NCBI GenBank assembly: GCA_965248695.1
Contig: CBDFKD010000002.1
Coordinates: 4,928,001 to 4,992,000, forward strand
Length of the DNA: 64,000 bases
DNA from: Acidobacteriota bacterium
Lineage (GTDB): Bacteria; Acidobacteriota; UBA890; WLXD01
Reading direction: 5' to 3'
The notes below the pieces were generated by a model. The model did not search any database and was not told where the DNA came from. It worked only from the letters and a program-made list of their open reading frames with translations. Below are positions 58,719 to 64,000 of the stretch, piece by piece (positions within the stretch are counted from its first letter, which is position 1; the number at the start of each line of letters is the position of its first letter). The position numbers and the translations under genes are program-made.

Positions 58719-59489
58719 GTGGCCCTCAAGCAGGCGACCGGGTACGCGCTTCGCAGCCGGCCGCTGGGCGAAGCGGACCTGATCGTCGAGTTCTACACGC
58801 GCGAGTACGGTCGAATACGGGCTGTGGCGAAGTCGGCCCGGCGCATCAAGAGCCGTTTCGGCAGCGCGTTCGAGCCCTTCACACGGTCGCGTATCGTCTA
58901 CTTCCAGCGCGACAAGGATGACCTCGGCCGGGTATCGTCGTGCGAGCTTGAGCGGTCGTACTTCGAGTCGTTGGGGCAGCCGGAGGAAGCTGCGCTGGCG
59001 GCCTATGCGGCGGAGCTGATTATCGGGTTCGCGCCCGAGCACGACGCATCGCCGACCTTGTTTCGATTGATCGGCGCGTGTTTCGACAGCCTCGAAACCG
59101 ACCCGGCACCGGATACCCTCACGCGCTACTTTGAAGTCTGGATGCTCCGGCTCTCGGGACTGCTCCCCGGCTTCGACACCTGCAGCAGTTGCGGCGGTGC
59201 GCTCACGGACGACGTGTGGGTATCGGATGTGACGCTGGGGTTCCTCTGCGGGCGCGATTGTGGACAGGTCATCGGACGGCGCCGGCTAGCACCGGCTGCA
59301 CGGCACTTGATGGTCGCGATTCTCCGCCAGGCGCCGGACCAGCTAGTTGCGCAACGGCCCGATGCGGCCGCGATCCGCGGACTCGGGTCGGTGATGCGTG
59401 TGCTCATCGTTGGCCACCTCGACCGAACACCGCGCTCTCTGCGCGTCATGCAGCGGCTCAAGCGGCTCAAGCGGCTCAAGCGGCGTTAG
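58719..59489 (+). CDS. recO: DNA repair protein RecO
   Basis: LGEADLIV..YT.E.G…AVAK.AR…SRF…EPF; Cys zinc motif CSSC..CGRDC; near era. Confidence 0.92.
   Translation: MALKQATGYALRSRPLGEADLIVEFYTREYGRIRAVAKSARRIKSRFGSAFEPFTRSRIVYFQRDKDDLGRVSSCELERSYFESLGQPEEAALAAYAAELIIGFAPEHDASPTLFRLIGACFDSLETDPAPDTLTRYFEVWMLRLSGLLPGFDTCSSCGGALTDDVWVSDVTLGFLCGRDCGQVIGRRRLAPAARHLMVAILRQAPDQLVAQRPDAAAIRGLGSVMRVLIVGHLDRTPRSLRVMQRLKRLKRLKRR
59452..59484 (+). repeat. 9-bp coding tandem repeat (AGCGGCTCA x3.7) at the recO 3' end
   Basis: Encodes RLKRLKRLKRR. Confidence 0.85.
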
Positions 59490-59565
59490 GCTGGCAGGCG
59501 GGGCCGACCCGTTGGCGCCGGAGGAGCGAGTAACTCGGCCGCCTGGCGTCGAATAAGATCGACGC

Positions 59566-61320
59566 ATGCAAGCCATCCGCCTGCTCGACGGCGCCGTGAT
59601 CGATCGCATCGCGGCCGGCGAGGTCGTCGAGCGTCCAGCGTCCGTCGTCAAGGAGTTGCTGGAGAACGCGCTCGATGCTGGCGCCGCACGAATCGACGTA
59701 CGCATCGAGGCGGGCGGCCGCCGGTTGATCGCGGTCGACGACGACGGCCACGGGATGAACGCCGAGGACGCGGCGCTGGCGTTTCGCCAACACGCGACGA
59801 GCAAGATCCAGACCGTCGACGATCTCGACCACATCTGCACCCTGGGGTTTCGCGGTGAGGCGCTCGCCAGCATCGCGGCGGTCGCTCGTGTGCGGATGCA
59901 AACGGGGACTGGCGCCGGCGCTGGCGTTCAGGTTCGTGTCGAGGACCCGGCAGCTCCTGTCCTGCAGGTTTCACCGGGCCCGCGTGGCACACGAGTGCAG
60001 GTGCATGAGCTGTTCTACAACACGCCGGCCCGGCTGAAGCACCTCCGCACCGACGCCACCGAGGCGGGTCACGTCGCCAGCGTGGTCGAGGACTTCGCCA
60101 TGTTGCGGCCGGATATCGCGCTGACGCTCACGGTGGATGGCCGCGAGCGCCTCTCGGCACCGCCGGTCGAAACGATCGACGAGCGCATCCACCAGGTGCT
60201 CGGGGCCGAGGTCGCCGAGTGCTGGGTGACGGTCGAGGGCGGCGGCGAGATTCGCGTCCGCGGCGGTGTGACCAGCCCGGAGCACACGCGGTCGAATCGA
60301 CGCCATATCCATCTGTTCGTCAATGGCAGGGTGGTCAGCGATGGTCGGCTGGCGCATGCGGTGGTTACGGGCTTCGATACGCTCCTTGAGCGGCGACGAT
60401 TCCCGGTGGCGGCACTGTTCATCTCGCTCGATCCGGCCGAGGTCGATGTCAATGTGCATCCACGCAAGGCGGAGGTGCGGTTTGTCGAGCCCGGTCGCGT
60501 CTTCGCGTCGCTCCGGCGAGCAGTGGCGACGGCGCTCGCCGGTCAGCTCCCGCCGCCGCGCGCCTGGCCGCAGTCCGCGGTCGCCGATCGTGAAGTTCAC
60601 GACGCGCCGGCCGGCGCCTGGCCCCCTCCGGCATCGGCTGCCGCAGCGCCCAGTCTGCCCTTGCGCGACTGGACACCCGTGGGTGGCTCGGCCCTGGGCG
60701 GCACGCACGCCGGGCAGGCGGCGGCAGCGTCCGGCGAGACTGCCGGCGCGATCCAACCGATCGCGCAGTACGCCAACACCTACATTCTCGCGGTGGACGA
60801 CCATGGCCTGCTGATCATTGATCAGCATGTGGCGCACGAGCGCGTGCTGTACGAGCAGGTGCTCGAGCAGCGCAGCCGTCGTCGGGTGCCGGTGCAGGGA
60901 TTGCTGGTGCCCGAGACCGTCGAACTGACGGCCGTTGAGGTGGCGGCGGCCGAAGAGCATCAGGAGATGCTGACCACATTCGGGTTCGAGATCGAGCCGT
61001 TCGGGGGACGCACGTGGACGCTGCGGACGGTACCGGAGGTGCTCGGGGCGCGCCGGGGCGCGCCGACGCTCCGGGCATTGCTGGCGTCGCTCGCCGATGA
61101 GCGCGGAGGGGAGGCCGCCGACCGCATCCAGCGCGAGGTGGCCGCCTCGATCGCCTGCCATGCTGCCGTGAAGGCGAATCAACCGCTGACGCGCGAGGTA
61201 ATGGCAAGCTTGATTGCCCAGCTCGGGGAGTGTGAGGCACCGACGCGGTGTCCGCACGGACGGCCGATCATGCTGCGGCTCGATCACCATGCCATCGAGC
61301 GGCAGCTCGGACGCCACTGA
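59566..61320 (+). CDS. mutL: DNA mismatch repair endonuclease MutL
   Basis: IAAGEVVERP.SVVKEL.EN, GFRGEAL, DVNVHP.K.EV; endonuclease motifs DQHVAHER, ACH, CPHGRP; clamp motif QGLLVP. Confidence 0.98.
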   Translation: MQAIRLLDGAVIDRIAAGEVVERPASVVKELLENALDAGAARIDVRIEAGGRRLIAVDDDGHGMNAEDAALAFRQHATSKIQTVDDLDHICTLGFRGEALASIAAVARVRMQTGTGAGAGVQVRVEDPAAPVLQVSPGPRGTRVQVHELFYNTPARLKHLRTDATEAGHVASVVEDFAMLRPDIALTLTVDGRERLSAPPVETIDERIHQVLGAEVAECWVTVEGGGEIRVRGGVTSPEHTRSNRRHIHLFVNGRVVSDGRLAHAVVTGFDTLLERRRFPVAALFISLDPAEVDVNVHPRKAEVRFVEPGRVFASLRRAVATALAGQLPPPRAWPQSAVADREVHDAPAGAWPPPASAAAAPSLPLRDWTPVGGSALGGTHAGQAAAASGETAGAIQPIAQYANTYILAVDDHGLLIIDQHVAHERVLYEQVLEQRSRRRVPVQGLLVPETVELTAVEVAAAEEHQEMLTTFGFEIEPFGGRTWTLRTVPEVLGARRGAPTLRALLASLADERGGEAADRIQREVAASIACHAAVKANQPLTREVMASLIAQLGECEAPTRCPHGRPIMLRLDHHAIERQLGRH

Positions 61321-61360
61321 TCCGGCGCTGGCAGGCCGTGGTGGAAGTGCGGTGGGCTTG

Positions 61361-61954
61361 CTAGCCTTCCTCGGGAGCGCGACTTCCTGGCTTGACGGCG
61401 GTGCTTCCGTCAGCACACAGCGGACACTGTTCCGGCTCCCATGTCGGCGCATCGAGCGGTAGAAGAGACAGCAACGGCAGGCCGTCGATCTCCGCGGCGC
61501 CGAGCCGGTTGGCGATGCACCCGGTCGCCACCGGGCGGCCCCCGTGCCGACGGATTGTCTCGAGGGTCTCGCGGCTGCTGAGCCCGGTCGTGACGACGTC
61601 CTCGATCATCAGGACGCGCTCTCCAGAGCGTAGCTCGAACCCGCGCCGCAGCTCCATCGATCCGGCGACCCGCTCGGTGAAACAGGCGCGTAGGCCAAGC
61701 GCCCGCCCCACTTCGTGCCCGATGATCAGCCCGCCGAGCGCCGGCGAGACCACCACTTCCGGTGCCTCTGCAGCCTGTTGGCGGCAGGCGCAGGCGAGCT
61801 CGCTCCCGAGGCGCTTGGCGACGTCGGGGTGCTGTAGGGCGCGGGCGCATTGGAGATAGCGGTTCGAGTGTCGACCGGACGACAGCAAGAAGTGGCCTTC
61901 GAGCAAGGCGGCGCTCTCGAGCAGCAGCTCGCGCACGCCCGGGGCGGTGCTCAT
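61361..61954 (-). CDS. pyrE: Orotate phosphoribosyltransferase
   Basis: GHFLLSSGRHS, PALGG, IEDVVTTG.S, KPGSR. Confidence 0.95.
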   Translation of the reverse strand: MSTAPGVRELLLESAALLEGHFLLSSGRHSNRYLQCARALQHPDVAKRLGSELACACRQQAAEAPEVVVSPALGGLIIGHEVGRALGLRACFTERVAGSMELRRGFELRSGERVLMIEDVVTTGLSSRETLETIRRHGGRPVATGCIANRLGAAEIDGLPLLSLLPLDAPTWEPEQCPLCADGSTAVKPGSRAPEEG

Positions 61955-63211
61955 GTTCGACGCCAAGCGATCTCGCCGCCGACCACGGTCAGCGTGGGCC
62001 AGCCGTGCAGGGTGCTCCCGTCGAAGGGGGTGTTGCGCGATTTGCTGAGGAATGTCGACGCTGCAACGGCAGCTTCCAGGTCAGGATCGATGACGCTCAC
62101 ATGGCCCGGCGTCCCGACTTTGAGGCTTCCGCCGTCGATCCCCAGAATCGTGCTGGGGTTCACCGATAGCAGCTCAACCAGACGACCGACGTCGATGACG
62201 CCGGCGCGGAGCAGATGCGTGCAGGCGAGCGGGATGGCGGTCTCGAGACCAACGATCCCGAAGGGCGCATGATCATATTCCAGCAGCTTCTCATCCTGAT
62301 GGTGCGGAGCGTGATCGGTCGCGATGGCGTCGACGGTGCCATCGCTGATCGCCTCACACAGAGCCTGGCGGTCGGATTCGGCGCGCAGCGGCGGATTCAT
62401 CTTGGTATTGGTGTCGAACTCGCGCACCGCCTCATCGGTAAGCGAGAAATGATGCGTCATCACTTCGCATGTGACGTTCACCCCGCGCTCCTTGGCATCC
62501 CGTACGAGTCGCATCGAACCCGCGGTCGACAGGTGCGCCAGATGTAATCGTCCGCCCGTGGCTTCGGCCAGCAGGAGATCGCGAGCGACGATGATCTCCT
62601 CGGCCGCTGCGGGCCACCCGCGGAGCCCTAAGGCGGTGGAGACGGCCCCCTCGTGCATGACCGCTCCGGCCGTCATCGAGCGCTCCTCACAATGCTCGAT
62701 TACCGGAATGTCGAACATGCGGCTGTACTCGAGCGCCTTGCGCATGAGCTGCGCGGTGGCCACCGGGTAGCCGTCGTCGGAGATCGCCACGCAGCCGGCG
62801 TCGACCAGCTCGCCGATCTCGGCCAGCGCTTCGCCCCGTTGCCCGACGCTCACAGCGCCGATCGGGTGGACCCTGACGTGCCCCTCGACGCTGGCGCGCT
62901 CGAGGATGAACTCGGTCACCGAGCGGTGATCGTTCACCGGTTTCGTGTTGGGCATGCAGGCGACGGCGGTGAATCCACCGGCCGCTGCAGCAGCGGTGCC
63001 GGAGGCGATGGTCTCCTTGTATTCGAAGCCCGGCTCTCGTAGGTGGACGTGCATGTCGACGAAGCCCGGGGCGACGATCTGTCCGTCGCACGCCACTGTC
63101 TCGGCGTCGGTCGCTTCGATCGCGGCTCCCGACTCGGCGATCACACCGTCGACGATGAGCAGGTCACCGACCGCGTCGACGGCGTTCGCCGGGTCGACGA
63201 GACGCCCTCCG

Positions 63212-63231
<20 letters not shown>
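61951..63231 (-). CDS. pyrC: Dihydroorotase
   Basis: [39 protein letters not shown]. Confidence 0.96.

Positions 63232-64000
<769 letters not shown>

Overview
A high-GC bacterial core-genome region, gene-dense and mostly on the + strand. Gene order and protein types (rplM-rpsI-rpsB-tsf linkage, short EF-Ts, HTSxNPNK-type ArgRS, S55 peptidase plus propeller pair) suggest Acidobacteriota, which is an inference. Order: recJ (partial), tatC/tatA and thrC (-), rimP-nusA-infB-DUF503-rbfA-nrnA-truB-rpsO-pnp-rplM-rpsI-rpsB-tsf-pyrH-frr, a nucleotidyltransferase/AmgK-like kinase pair, asnS-pgpA-cinA(C)-plsY-gpsA, TPR gene, ftsY-ribD-ribE-ribBA-ffh, rpsP-khpA-rimM-trmD-rplS-rnhB, argS, an S55 peptidase/beta-propeller/RsbW-like trio, an inverted ftsK-uppP-rsmA block, valS, frameshifted birA, hisS-aspS-phoH-7TM-HD-ybeY-CBS-era-mgtE-recO, mutL, and pyrE-pyrC-pyrB (-, partial). 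Signals the genes do not explain: (1) a 277-bp non-coding element with perfect 24-bp terminal inverted repeats and nested internal hairpins (44453-44729), plus a diverged half-copy (40151-40278); their ends bracket the only internal minus-strand gene block; (2) a 7-copy 28-bp tandem array with polar decay that begins inside the ffh stop region; (3) a circularly permuted S55 protease module linked to an orphan anti-sigma kinase; (4) a 1-nt frameshift in birA. No tRNA, rRNA, CRISPR or transposase gene was recognised. Many start codons were reassigned by eye from the ORF track.
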